DNA of 62,482 bases, the filler included, from Collodictyon triciliatum (lineage: Eukaryota), in assembly GCA_043381765.1 (NCBI GenBank). It is 12 parts of 12 records of this genome, joined end to end, with 100 filler letters (N's around TTAATTAATTAA, not from the genome) between each part and the next. Parts side by side here need not be neighbours in the genome. Positions count along the whole stretch, not along the records: positions 27,756 to 33,218 come from JBHJMP010005191.1; positions 33,319 to 38,765 come from JBHJMP010005192.1; positions 38,866 to 43,145 come from JBHJMP010005194.1; positions 43,246 to 48,691 come from JBHJMP010005195.1; 8 more parts are not named here. One strand, given 5' to 3'. The position numbers and the translations under genes were made by a program. This document shows positions 30,108 through 47,700 of this stretch, piece after piece (position 1 is the first letter of the stretch; each line of letters begins with the position of its first letter). The notes under the pieces are model-generated. The model had not been told where the DNA came from. It ran no database searches and was given only the letters and a program-made list of their open reading frames with translations.

Positions 30108-32976
30108 CACGCAAAAGCGAGGTTTGAGGGAGCTAATAACGGGATGCAATCAAGCCATTCTATGATATCTGAGACCACAACCGATAGCGACCAGGTGATT
30201 TCAATTTTCTGACGCTCGGATTGGAAAAGAGAGAGAAAAATCACTATATCTATATACAAATAGGCAAATTCAGTGTTGTGCATATTGTTTCTTTTAAAAA
30301 AAATTAAATTATAATACTGATAAATCATGTTATATGAGAAGAAATCTCAATCTTTCAAGGATGACCAAAGTCAAACTGGGAAGAAGAAAAAGAAGCGAGG
30401 CGACCAAGAGAATGCCTCCGAGTATACAACATCAAGTAAAGAGAAAGTTCGGTAAGTGAACCGGCAATAATCGCATATATGCACGTTTTTATTTGGGTCA
30501 TGTACAAACGGAATCAATCTACATATTTTTAATGTTTTTTTTTTCAACTGACTTATTTAATCATCGCACAGGCTGCGCCTTCTCAAGAATAAAATAAACC
30601 GCATTCGAAAAATTGACATCGCTCTTGACTCTAAAGCCGTCAATCGTTTCTCTTCGCTGCTCAACTTACTTCGTGTTATTTTGTTCGTCATACCCATTGC
30701 AGGTAATTTTTCTCGTATACATGCCCCCAAATCTTAATTTCGTATCTACCTCTTTGAGTTCCAATAAAGTAGTTTGCTATGCCTTGTCTGTATATGACTC
30801 CATGCTTTGATTAAAAAAAAATTCACATGAAAATTAGGCTTCGCTGTCTTCACTCACTCAATCAAGCTGCTTCAGTACAACGCAGGAGTTTTGGAAGAGA
30901 CACACATGCAGTTTTTGCGCTTCGACCAAATCAACTACTCTGTCCGTTCTCAGATACTGAATGCAATAGTAAGATTTGTTATAAGCTTTGTGTTTCATCT
31001 ATTGTCAAGAATCTATGAAGTGGTTTAAAATATTAATTTTTTAATTTTCAGAACAAAATAATAATGATAACGATAATAAGGTAACCAACCTCGAGCCAGG
31101 AAACTACGGATGCGCTTCAGACCCAACCTGCATTCAGCAAGCTCGCAATTCTGCACTCGAATATGTCAAAGCATTCAAGGATAATTATGTGAAGATGTAC
31201 ACAACGTTGAATCCTTCGTTTAGCGAGATCAAAGATTTCTGGTCAAAGGGGTCGATGCACTTACAGTTCTATACTGGTGAGTTTTTGAAGCCCGCAACAG
31301 AAACTCTGAGCTTTCTTGAGGCTCTCAATTACTTCAGCACCAGCGCAAATAACGTTTTGAAACTAGGTAAGAGAGCTAATCATTCACATTTCCACTACAA
31401 TTATGTCATTATGAAACAGTTTGAAATAATTTTGACCCAGTCGATCTTTTTATGCAGATGCAAATACAGATTATTCTAAGAATGCAGATTATCTTTTTGT
31501 GACGAAGAACGGTCCTGGTGTTATCTTTGATAGTATTGTCAAGCTGGAAAACTTGCTTCTTGACCAAGAAGTGGTCATCATGAACCAGTTTTTCATTTCC
31601 ATCGGCTGCTTGATGGGTACGATGCTTTCTATAATTATATGGGTCACAGTATTATGGGTTCCGAATTATGAGAAGGTCAGAGAAGAGGTTAGTGCACTGG
31701 GAAAGCTTCGTGAGATTCCACGACCTGGTAAGAACGAAGCATTGTATTCGCGTCCAATATCACCAATATATTAGACAGAAAATTGAATTCATGATGTCCT
31801 CAAAATGATTCAGTTTATTTATGTGCTGATTTCTCTTTTCATGCCTAATCATCTGTTCTAGAAATCATCAAGATGTGCAATTTGTATCGTATGAATCGAG
31901 ACAACCAAGAGGACGAAGAGTTTACATCGTTTGTCATGAGCACTCGAACGATGAAAAAGACTTACACATACCAACGAGTCTCTATGTTGTGCCTTGTTCT
32001 TTTTGCGATGCTTGGATTTGTCATAGTCATTACAGTCGGGATCTACAAAGCCTCGTTGTGAGTGTGAATATATAAGCAAAGGAACAAACTCAGTTCCTTA
32101 TGTTGAATTAGTAGGCTCATGGCTTCATATGATTATTTTTTTTTACACTAAATATGCTGTTGTATAATTACATAAGCTGCTCGCCTTTATTTTTTATACC
32201 TCGGATAAGGTTATCACCGGTTGCGAACGATGCTGCGTTGCGACAGTCATACAGCGCGTCAGCCTACTATAAACTGCGGGACCTTTACTTGACCGAGAAT
32301 GTGACTTCCCACATGCGAGACGATTTGGCAGTGACGCGAGAAGTACAGCTACTTATTGATATCACTATTACGCCATCTTTTTCTTGTTCATTGCATTCCT
32401 CTTATCACATGACAATTCCCTTTCGTGGCTTTATTCGTGAGTTTTATATAAAGAAAGGATTTCATCCGTAGTAATAATATCGAATCACTATGCAGAATGT
32501 GATGACAACAAATAACAAACTTGTTCTTGCTTCATGGGGAAATGCTGAAGAAGAAAAATGGATGTTTGAGCGTTGCAGTGCCAATCTGGCCCTGGGTATT
32601 CAACGGTATATCATCTCGTTGATGTTTAACACCATGCAGGTTGGAAGCCTTTTCGTTGAGACATAAATATTTTCATTGTTCTCAAATGACAATATTTGTT
32701 CATAAATTCAAGTTTTCTTCATAATCGATTGATATTGATACTTATGATGATTTTTTATTCAGGAATCCTACCAAGCTCTTCATTTATCCTTTCCTGATCG
32801 AATCAAAGCCGCTGCCACAAACTATTCCTATGGAAGCTTTGATGGATTCATCATGGAATGCATGGTCAAAATACAAAAGCATTACAACGATGCGGCCATC
32901 CAAACTCGCAGCGACACCAGAACAAGAGGAAATGTGTACTTTTGGCTGGTTTGGCCGGTGTTCTTCTTCACATTCG
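27875..32976 (+). CDS. TmcB/TmcC (tiny macrocysts)-like multi-pass membrane protein, partial
   Basis: N-terminal TM helices (VYPMYHRLRAN), YQQGVKKFPSSIYVRINYTLFL, the TPR-like block LLEFWRNML..YESILRKFPRNREVLRSFGQFWMDIYNNENVANEYFLLADEIEEE, then further TM-flanked helical ectodomain segments. Truncated at both ends. Confidence 0.75.
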
Positions 32977-33318
32977 GTAAAATCATCTAAAAAATTAAAA
33001 TAATTTATTATATTTGATGAATCCATCTCTAATCATTTTGCGTTTCAGAGACAAAACCTCATATTCATTACAGTTTAATATTTTAGAGTTTTCGTTTGTT
33101 TTTTGTTTTATTTTTGTTTGTTTTATTTTTGTTTGTTTTATTTTTGTTTGTTTTATTTTTGTTTGTTTTATTTTTGTTTGTTTTATTTTTGTTTGTTTTA
33201 TTTTTGTTTGTTTTATTTNNNNNNNNNNNNNNNNNNNNNNNNNNNNNNNNNNNNNNNNNNNNTTAATTAATTAANNNNNNNNNNNNNNNNNNNNNNNNNN
33301 NNNNNNNNNNNNNNNNNN

Positions 33319-33601
33319 CCATCGCTCTGTTTTTGCTCATAATATCCATCTACCTTGCCTGCTGTCCGATTATCCTACCGTGTGCCATTTTTGGTGTAAG
33401 TCTCCTCCTCTTTTTTTTCTTTTCCTTATAATCGATTGAAAGGCTATTAGTGAAAGTCTTAATCAAGCTTTACATCACCACATGCTCATCTTTTGTGTTG
33501 CCTAGGACTCTGACACAACTGAATGCATCTTCGCCCCAATCACCGGGCCATGCGAGTTTCTATGTGAAATATTCTGTGAGGATTGCTGTGATGATGACTA
33601 G
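33319..33601 (+). CDS. 3' end of an unknown membrane protein with Cys-rich acidic tail
   Basis: Two phase-0 exons give IALFLLIISIYLACCPIILPCAIFG|DSDTTECIFAPITGPCEFLCEIFCEDCCDDD*, with a GTAAGT donor and TAG at 33599-33601. Confidence 0.5.
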
Positions 33602-34050
33602 AAGCTTTTTGCATCGACTGCAGGCATTAAAAAAAAAAAAAAACGAATATGGCCAAGAAGCTGATTTTTAATACTAAGTATCCACAACAACAAACTTAAG
33701 CGTGAAAACTGATGGGGCCATCAGATTTCTAGCCATTTGTCAAAGTATTTCGAAGTTGTTTATTTTGATAAAATTTTATTGTTGCCGCATCAAAAATAAT
33801 AATACCAATAATAATAATAATAACTATGCAACTGCCTCGATTGTAAGGCGTCGTGCCAAAGAGTGATCAGAAACATGCACAGAAGACAGGAGGAAATAAA
33901 AGAAAGAGAGAAAGAGGCAAAAGAGAGAAAGAAGCATGTCAGGAGTATTTTCTGGCCAAACACATCTGTTATGAAGGGCATCGACTAAATGCAAACAATG
34001 AGACTGTGTAGCTGTCGCCGTAAGGAGAAGGAGGCTCTTCCTCAAGGAAT

Positions 34051-37000
34051 ATGTCGCAGCAATTGGACTGGAGCGGTATGCCACCCGTCTGGGCCGTGTC
34101 CTTTTATCTTTTCTTTCTTCCACTTTGAATCGAATAAAGGAAAAAAAGAAAAATGAAAAAGAAGCTCTCTTGAACGCTTAATCGTTGGCTCATGCAGTGG
34201 TCAACGCAGGCAAACGACCCTTCGTTTTATTAAAGAGGAGCACTTGTGTCTTACACAGGTCAAGGTCGCCGTAAGATCGACTCTATCCCAAATCCCGATC
34301 AGATCAAGTTTCTTAACTTGAGTGGCAATCAGCTTTTAAAGGTGGATAAGCTGGCGCAATGCTCCAATCTAGAGCAGGTATACACGTTTTTTTTTTTTTT
34401 TTAATGGTACTGTTCTAAACTCTCTCAGGCATATTCTACTCCATTAAACTACTAAAAAAAAATTTTTTTTAAAAAAAAATCATTAAGTGCTAGTTTTGTG
34501 CCATAAGTTTATGTTTGCTTTTCTTTTTTGTCTTCCTTGAATATTTATTTTGAGTACCCATCTTCGATATAATATTTAATATATAGTTGGAGCTGCATAA
34601 TAATCGCATCGTTCGAATTGAAGGATTCCTCTCAATGAAATGGCTTCGAGTCTTAAATCTCTCTCAAAACAGCTTGCACCGAATAGAGTGCATGGATTCT
34701 CTCTTAAATTTAGAATACTTAGACTTGAGCAACAATAATATAAAAACGATTGAAGGCCTAGAAAGAAACTTACAGCTATCATACTTGGATCTGAGTAATA
34801 ATACAATTCAGAAATTGGGGAACCTTCTCCCAAATAAAAATCTGCGGGTCAGTAATTAATCAAACTTTATTAAAGGATACCAACTGAGTTTATATATAAC
34901 CCCGCTTACCGCCTGTACCCATACAAAAGGGAAGAAGATTGCGGCGTTATTTATACAAAGGATTTATCATTGAATTGTTGATTTAGACTCTGGTGCTGAA
35001 AGGGAACTTCATAAATGCATTGGCAGACGCTCCAAAGACTCTTCCTCATTCACTTCGTCTTCTAAACCTGGCAAAAAATACAATTGACGATGTAGTCACT
35101 TTGAAGCATCTGGCACATTTGACCTCCTTAGTTGATATTGAGTTGGCCGATAATACATCCCTCTTAATGGCTTCAAAGTCGATGAAGTAACCATCATATT
35201 TTTTTTATTTAAAACGGCATGTGGTTGCGTTTGTCCTTAGTTTTCTTTGGAGATTTTCTCATATCTTGTTTTTGTTCGCATGAACTATTAACTTGTCTCT
35301 CTAATTTGCATTTCTAAAAATTCAGTTTCGTAACCATAATCCATAATGGTAAATCAACAGGATTAACTATCGTGCCTTTTTGTTTTTCCTGATCCCAAGT
35401 CTGAAAACAATCGATGCATTGGAGATCTCTCAACAAGAATGGTGTTTATTTTCTGACTTTCTTTTAATTGAATTATTTAGTGTACATGAATCGAAATATA
35501 TTTTTAATAGTAAAAAAGAAACACACGTATTTTCCAGTCAGAACCATGTTGATTTTTCTACTTAACTTATTCCTATTCAAAGAGCACTGACGAATTTTTT
35601 TCTATCTATGCGATAGGGAAATATGCCAAAATATAAGCTCTAGCCAAGCAGCTCGAATCATTCCCGATCTAAATTCCCTTCTTCATCCCTCGAATGAAAT
35701 GAAGTTGCTGACTTTCTTGATCGAAAATTGCTCCTTAAAACCAGTATGTTAGAACATGTTTATATATCCATCATGCGCTTTGAATCGAATAAAGGAAAAA
35801 AAATATATCCATCATGCGATTGACTTTATTCATGAATAGGTAAAACAAAAGAAATCAGATCCCTCTGATGAGCATCACATAACAACGCCAAGTGTATTCT
35901 TTTCACATATACACACATATAAACACCATTTTACTAAGGAAGTAGACTAATTTCATTTTACATTTTACAAGGCAATCCATCCAAAGAGCCCTGCTCATAC
36001 CGGAGAAAGTAAATCGAAATATTTTAACTTCATCGTACCCCATCAATTTGAAATATTTGTATGGCAGGTAAATCACCCTCACAAAACGATATTCGGACAT
36101 CTTACTCCACGAGAAATCATACTTTAGAATTCGTCACTCCGAATTCATCGAAACACTATACTGAGGTAATCCAATTACGACACTCTTGACCCAAGTCATC
36201 ATTTTGTTCAAAACACAAACGAACTACTAAGAAAATAAATTGTGCTAATTATATCATATTCTCTTACATATGGCAGAGATTCGATTGGAACGAGACTTCT
36301 GAAATAAGGTTTCAACTTGGCAACATATACAATCCTTTATTCGATTCAAAGTAAAAAAAAAATTGTTGGATTTATATTTGACGATTTCATAACAGATTTT
36401 GATGCTGAAGTTTTTTTGTGTCGTTTTTGTATTGTTTTTGTTTATACCCATTTATTCATTAGTTTGCCGAATGCCCATTCTCCAAAGTTCATATCAGTCC
36501 CAGATTCATCTTCCTCCTATATTTATAACGGAGCAGCAGTGCAACTAGACCGAAGAAAGTCAAAATTTTCGGTAGCATTCATACAGAATCGATTTCAACC
36601 TCGATACACTTATTGGTTTAGATTTAAATTTTATTATTTGAATTCGCATCTACTTGAATGATTTTTATATTTCGCTCAACCTTTTTTTTTTTTGTTAAGT
36701 AGATAAACATCTGAATTATTTCTAAAATAGAATCACGATCTGTATGAAAATATATCTGGACCTGGAAAAGACACAAAAATGATTGGTCCCAACTACTCCA
36801 ATCAAAGCTCTTCGAAAAGTGCAAATCAAAGCGCCGTAATCGAGACACCTTATGAAAAGTTGTCGAGGACAGCATCTGACCAAACTTCTGCGAATAAGAG
36901 CCTGTCTAATGTTATGCCAGATTCTATGTTACAAAATCATGAATTTCAAACATTCATAACTGAATTTAACATCTTGAAAAAGAAAGTTGATTACTTACAG

Positions 37001-38197
37001 AAGGCATTATCGGAATCTACATTACAAAGAAAAAACCACACCTTGGTAGAAAAGAAGACACAAACAACTCCAATAATTAAGAAGGTTTCAGGATATGTTC
37101 ATATTTTCATAGAATTCCGTTTCCCTTTATTTCCTTTTTTGTTTCTGTAATATTTTTTTTTTGTTTCCGTATCACTATTGAATTAAATATTTTTTAAATT
37201 AGGTTGGTGCTCGAGAATGGTGTATGGGTTATATTCCTAGCTAAGAGACTAATATTGTTTTTCTTTATGAATTTAGATCCAATATACCCCTCCCAAGATT
37301 ACGAATTTCTCGAAGTAAACCTTTTTTTATACCACCTTGCAAACAGCGTGCTACTAATCTTGCAATAAATATAATAATCATAATCATAATTAGGCATAGT
37401 GCACCTCCACATCCCATGCTTCGCTTGTACGAGAAATTGAATTCAACTCCTCGAATTATGAAAAGTATTATCCCATATTTACATCACCCTAAATGTTCAT
37501 AATGCTGCTATTTTACGTTGTCCGTTTTCTTTCTCTCTCTTTCTCTCTTTCTCTCTTTCTCTCTTTCTCTCTTTCTCTCTTTCTCTCTTTCTCTCTTTCT
37601 CTCTTTCTCTCTTTCTCTCTTTCTCTCTTTCTCTCTGTATTTCTGTATTTCTGTATTTCTGTATTTCTGTATTTCTGTATTTCTGTATTTTCTCTTTCAT
37701 TCCTCTTTCATTCTTCTTTGGTTTCGTTTTGATATTGCTCTAATTTCTTTTATCTTGGTTGCGATCACCGCTAAAAAAAATTTCTTACATCGATTCGTTT
37801 CTAGAGAAATATCGAAGCCAATTGGATTTTTGTGCGATAAAAATTCAATCTTCATTTCGGGGATACTATACAAGAAAAATACTGCGATATTATCTCTTAT
37901 TCTCAAAAGCAGCAATGGTTATTCAATCAATCTGGTACTTGCCTTACTCTGTTCAATTATGAATATATGTCATGTAATTCGCTTCGTCTTTCTCCTGTCT
38001 TTTTGGCATGTACCCCATCTAATTGGAAGACATTCCATTTCATTTGATTATATGCTGGACAGCTGAGTTAAAAATTACATCTTATTTATGAAATGTCGCT
38101 TCGTTAAATCTTATATAGGAGAGGATACAAGACAAGAAAATATAACCCAAAGGTGAAAAAAATTCGTGCCCGTATGCTTAAGGAAAAACGTGCTTAG
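34051..38197 (+). CDS. CEP97: Centrosomal protein CEP97 homolog (LRR + IQ motif)
   Basis: MSQQLDWS|GQG start, SDS22-like LRRs, APKTLPHSLRLLNLAKNTIDD, INYRAFL..LKTIDALEISQQE, and IQ motifs KIQSSFRGYYTR and IQSIW|RGYKTRKYNPKVKKIR. Colinear with recalled human CEP97 (NWSGQG, APAYLPRSL, WRGFYARNYNP). The 3' end may extend past 38197. Confidence 0.88.
35762..35818 (+). repeat. 25-bp insertion flanked by 16-bp direct repeats (TSD-like), intronic
   Basis: ATATATCCATCATGCG at 35762-35777 and 35803-35818 flank CTTTGAATCGAATAAAGGAAAAAAA (35778-35802), which is identical to 34123-34147. Confidence 0.9.
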
Positions 38198-38664
38198 TGT
38201 TAATATAAATGCATGAAACAATTATAAATCATTAAGATTCAAGAAAGCATGCACCCAATTAAGAGAAGTCAATAATTCAGAAATCCTGACATTGTAACTT
38301 AGGAAAGAAGATATGTTCAATTTCCATGTTAGGTGATTTTAAATTGGGGTGTGCTTTTGTCTTTTTCGTTTTATCTTGATTTCTTTGAGGACCATAAAAT
38401 CCTTCCATTAAAATAGCGTCGTGTTGATTTCCAAACGATTGAAGTGAAAAAAAAAATACGCAGTGAAACCACCTATAAAGTTGTAATGTAGTTGAAAAAT
38501 ACTGCTCCTATGCATTTAGAAAGCCAAGCGCTTAATTGTGCTGCTTAGCCAAATGGCGGTGCAATATATACCCAAATTCAAATGATGAGATACTGCCTGT
38601 CATTTTTTCCGTGCGATTCGGTGTGCTTCTGTGATGAGAGGTAATAAATGTAACAAATGTAGTC

Positions 38665-38765
<101 letters not shown>

Positions 38766-39030
38766 NNNNNNNNNNNNNNNNNNNNNNNNNNNNNNNNNNN
38801 NNNNNNNNNTTAATTAATTAANNNNNNNNNNNNNNNNNNNNNNNNNNNNNNNNNNNNNNNNNNNNAAAACAAATTTTAATACAGAAAAAAAAAAAAAAAT
38901 AAAAAGAGATAAAAAAAAAAAAAAAAGAAACACAGGGGGGGGGGGGGGGGGGGGGCCAATAAGCTTTTATCAACGCACTGTAATTTGTGCAGTCCTCTTT
39001 CTTTTTTCTACAAGATGTATAGATCATAAC

Positions 39031-42694
<3,664 letters not shown>

Positions 42695-43245
42695 CTGTTA
42701 GTAGCTTGTGAGACGCAGCGGATTTCTTACCAATACAGACAAGTCAATATGACTATGATGATAACAATAACGATAATAATAATAAAAAATAAAAAAAAAA
42801 GTGGAGGTACTGTTAGCAGTAATCATGATAAGGAGGATTCAGAAGATGAAAAGAATCCTGGCAGGATGAAGAAAAGAAGGCGAATGCCATCCAAAGAGGC
42901 ATGATGAAGGGTGAGGTCAGGCAAAGAAAGAATCTGCACAATTTGGGTTCATTTTCGTGTTGTTTGGTGGCATTACCTTTTTATAATATATTTAATAATA
43001 CCACATGTTGTTTTAACACCGAAGTTGTTTTTTGTTTGTTTGTTTATTTTGTTTTTGTTTTGTTTTGTTTTGTTTTTGTTTTGTTTTGTTTTGTTTTGTT
43101 TTGTTTTGTTTTGTTTTGTTTTGTTTTGTTTTGTTTTGTTTTGTTNNNNNNNNNNNNNNNNNNNNNNNNNNNNNNNNNNNNNNNNNNNNTTAATTAATTA
43201 ANNNNNNNNNNNNNNNNNNNNNNNNNNNNNNNNNNNNNNNNNNNN

Positions 43246-43298
<53 letters not shown>

Positions 43299-43437
43299 AG
43301 CAGAAAAAAAAAAGGAAGAAAAAAAGCTGTGCTTCCATTTTTAAGGCTACCCAAGCAAACGTGAATGTATTTGAACAAAAAAGACGCATGTTCATTAATG
43401 CAAACACTACAAAAAATACATGAGGTAACATTCTTAC

Positions 43438-44657
43438 CATCAACTTTTCATTCTCCTCTGATATTGCCGCAGCTCTACTCCTGATATCCTCTCGCACCCT
43501 TCTCTGGTTTGCAATCTTTGCATTTAATTCTGCGACCTCCAGTTCAACTTGACCCAGAGATTGTCTGGCCTTTTCGATGTCCTCTTCTATTTCCTAAATA
43601 TTTTTGATATACGTGAGATGTTACATTCCCTTTTGCATCAGGCTCAATCATTGCTCTTCATTCTTTCCTTCCTTTTTCTTATCTTTGTTTGTTTGTTTGT
43701 TTGTTTGTTTGTTTGTTTGTTTGTTTGTTTGTTTGTTTGTTTGTTTGTTTGTTTGTTTGTTTGTTTGTTTATTCGTTTCAATTGATTTTGGCGGATAGAA
43801 AAACAAATAAATAGATGCGGATGTCAAGCATTTGAATATAGACACCTTGATACGGTTGCTGAAGTCTTGGCGTCTGGAATCTACTGGTTCATCTTGGGCA
43901 GATTTAAGCTCGTTGAGGGAATTGATAAGACGAAATCTTTCGTTTTGGATATACTTCTGTCGGGACTGTACATGTTTTGCATGATTATTAAAGTAAATCA
44001 CCAGCAACCATGGGTGTGAATTGTCATGTTGCATACATACACATTTTCAGAGACGTAAACAAATATGTAGCTTCTCAAAACGTCTGTCGTTAAGAAAAAA
44101 AAATTACGATGGATTGCTCATGTTGTTGTTTCCAATTCCTTTCAGATTGTAATACATTTAGATTTTATGTTAGAAATACACACCGATTGAAGATGGATTA
44201 ATGCACACTCTTACTTTTTTTCCGATAAAAAACTTTTGGAATCAATCTAATTACGACATAGAAATTCCTAATTATTCATTCTTTTAAAAAAAAACAACAA
44301 GAATCAAATTTGCTTTCAAACGAGTACCGTTGAATGCTCGTCAGTTGACTTTGTCTCTTTTCTAAATCAGCCTTCACAGCTAAAAGACGGGTGAGGTCAT
44401 CAGACAAAGACCTAGAAACCAATGGTCAAACTTAAGAAACATCACATTCAAATGGTTTAAGTCAACCGAGTCAATTAACAGGATCGCATGACTCTTACTT
44501 CTATTTAAACATTTGTTAACTACATTTCAAGAGGACTGCGATAATTTGATATTCTGCGAATTACCTTATGGCAGAGGCTGTGTCGTTTAGGATGGCTGAT
44601 AGCTGAATCTGACCCGGTGCTGGCTGAACGATGAATGTGGACCCTCTGTAATAGTGA

Positions 44658-44753
<96 letters not shown>

Positions 44754-47700
44754 CGAAGAATTAAAGATAAAGATAAAGAGTATTCAATAATCAAACAGCC
44801 AATTATTATCGAACAGCAAATAATGATAAACGGAACGAATTGATTTTCACTTAATCGAACATCTTCTTCCGTCTTTCAGAAGGACCTCAGAGAATAATCT
44901 GCGTTTTCGTACAACGTCATCTGCAACCTACAAAAAAAATAAATTAAACGTTCAAATCAAGTAACCAAAATTTTAATGTCCTCAAAGTTAAATGAATACT
45001 TACACTATAGTCCTCGCAAATACAAGTTCTCTCAATTTTACTATTATGATTAAAAATGATTTAAAATTCTCATAAATGGCCAGATCATAAAAGAAATAAG
45101 CTTGCGTCACTGAACGCGGTTATTTGAAGCTAGTATGGCTCTTAGAAAAGAGGTACATTACAATTTACATCCACTACAAAGTAGATTACACGAAAGCAAC
45201 TCACCACAAATCGATTAGAGCGTTCTTGATGACCTGGTTTTCAATCTTAAGCAACGACATTATCGAGGTACATCCGGGGTAGGTCTGCAAAGGCGGAAAC
45301 TCATACACTTGGTCGAAATTCATAATAATTGTGTTGACTCGGCTGAAAAATCGACGTGTGAAATTATGATTAAGCAGTCAATATTTGACGGAACGGATAT
45401 CTTCTGTCAATTAATTACGAAAGCTAGTGCCTTATATATGCATATTATATACATTTCAAACTTACATCCCTACTCTCGATGCTATCCGCTTTAATATGTT
45501 CTCATCTTCAAACGAGTTGACAACGAAAGATGATATGGCACTAGAAATACAACTGAACACTGCGCAAGAATACTCGCTCCGAGTCACCGACACGTGCAAG
45601 CCTGATAGTTATAATTGAGGGTGACTGTATATGTTGAAATGGGAAAGTATTGTTTCGCCAGAGTCAAATATTCTTTCTTTCTAATTGCTTAAATTTTATA
45701 TTCAAAAGAGGAAGGCATTAGAGGAATCCACACTGAAAAGTCGTAACTGCTGATAAATGAATTCATCTGTATTGTAATAAGCATCACCTATTGGGCCCTG
45801 GGGGATATGCCGAAACTCTTTTTGCCGACTTCTTATTTCCGATATCAATTGAGGCATTTTTTCGTGAATCATGTATTCTTTCCGTTGACCGTCGCGTGCG
45901 ATGGCGTCTCTTTGCCTCGTTGTTCTTTGTAAATTTTCATTTACACGATTCAGCTCACCTCTTATTTCGGCATCCTGCGTTTGTGCGTCTGGGCGATTCT
46001 CCTCTAATTTTCTTGTCTCTTCCTGGGCCTTTAGAGTGAAGGGAACCAATTAGCTAATTGACTCTTGTGAAGCTGTAAACTTTTATCAATCTCTAAAAAA
46101 TAAAGGTCGAGTTCGAGATGGTTGTGGCTAGAAAAACCTTCAACCTTATCTGAAGGTTAACCACAAAAGTCTTTACACACCTCATCTAACTCCTCCCCCT
46201 TCTTTCCAATTTCTGCTTGTACACGGATGATTTTTTCTGCTGCTTCAGCTTTTTTCTTCCTGGAATAGAACATTTCATTATCGCAAAAATGAGTTTGGCA
46301 CAACAACATATAGTTGATGATATCAATAAAAAGAGAGGGCGATTGAAAAAAAAAAAAAAAACTCACTCGAGCTGGCTCTGTCTTTTCTCAGCTTGGTTGA
46401 TGGTTTCTTGCAGTTTTCCGATTTCACGAGTTTTCTCTTTGATTTCGTCATTTTTTCGTTTCATCGCTCCCTTATTTATATTTTTAAAGAGGTATAGAAT
46501 CATCTTCTCGTCATACATGTCATCCGATAGAAAATTATAAATTTATTTTGGACACTTCATGCAAAATATAATCATATTCATTTTAATTGAAACCAAAGAA
46601 ATTTTTGCCTCAAATGATCATTTGCTATACATACTTCTCTCTCGCTCCTCTCTCGCGCTATCGAAGTAGTGGCTTCATCACACTCTGCCATTTCTTTCCT
46701 TGCACTTGTAAGTCTACTTTTTATTTCTTCTGCCTCTTTGTCAAACTGAGATTGGTAATTCTGTTCAGATGAGCTTAGAGCCTGAGATTTTGCAGAATAA
46801 AATAAGAAAAAAAAGGAATGTCAGTAACTGATTTTCCATTTTTGACGATGTTGCGCAAAACTAAAAAAAATTCTATAAAAAAATTCTATAAAAAAATTCT
46901 ATAAAAAAATTCTATAAAAAAATTCTATAAAAAAATTCTATAAAAAAAACTGTAAAAAAAAACTACAAAAAAACTACAAAAAAACTACAAAAAAACTAAA
47001 AAAAACCAAAAATAAAACAAGAAACCAATGCCCTAATAATCTAATGAATAACCCAACGTATTTATATATAAATATAAAAATGACGCAAACCTGTGCTTTT
47101 ATGAGCTCCACATCGACCGCATTAATTTTGGACCGCAAATCCTCTTTCAGGGCCAGGACTTCCAATATTTCCTGTAAATTAAGCAAATGAGCTTCGTTAA
47201 AAATCAGTGTGGACTAAATCTGGGTATGCATTTGATGAAGTTGGTGTGGATATCAATATGTATGTTTTAAAAAAAATGAAGCAACGGTGAAAAGTGAACA
47301 AATATATTGATAGTAACTATAGTTTGAACGAACCTTTTGAACTTCAGATACCAATGCCCAAGCGTACTCTGCTTCCATCCCTTCAATCTGAAGTCAATTA
47401 TCCCAAAAATGCATAAAAATTATAAGAGTCTTATTGAAATGTTTAAAACGTTTTGTTCTTTCGTAACAAAAATGCATATGGACCAGTAAAAAATTTATTT
47501 TGAGGTTGATTGCACCTCTGATTTTAGGCGCGACAACGTTTCCATCTCTTTAGACTGCTGTTCATACTTCTTAACCCTCTCTTCCAAGGATTTCAGAGAC
47601 TGCCATGATTCAAGCAAATCATTTTTTTTTTAATTATAGTTGATAGTCCATGAATTTCGAACAGTTGGAAAATGATAGGCTGCAAATGCAGTACATGAAT

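Noticed and set aside
38580-38640. Box C-like RTGATGA motifs suggesting a C/D snoRNA
   Set aside because: No properly placed box D (CTGA) or terminal stem was found.
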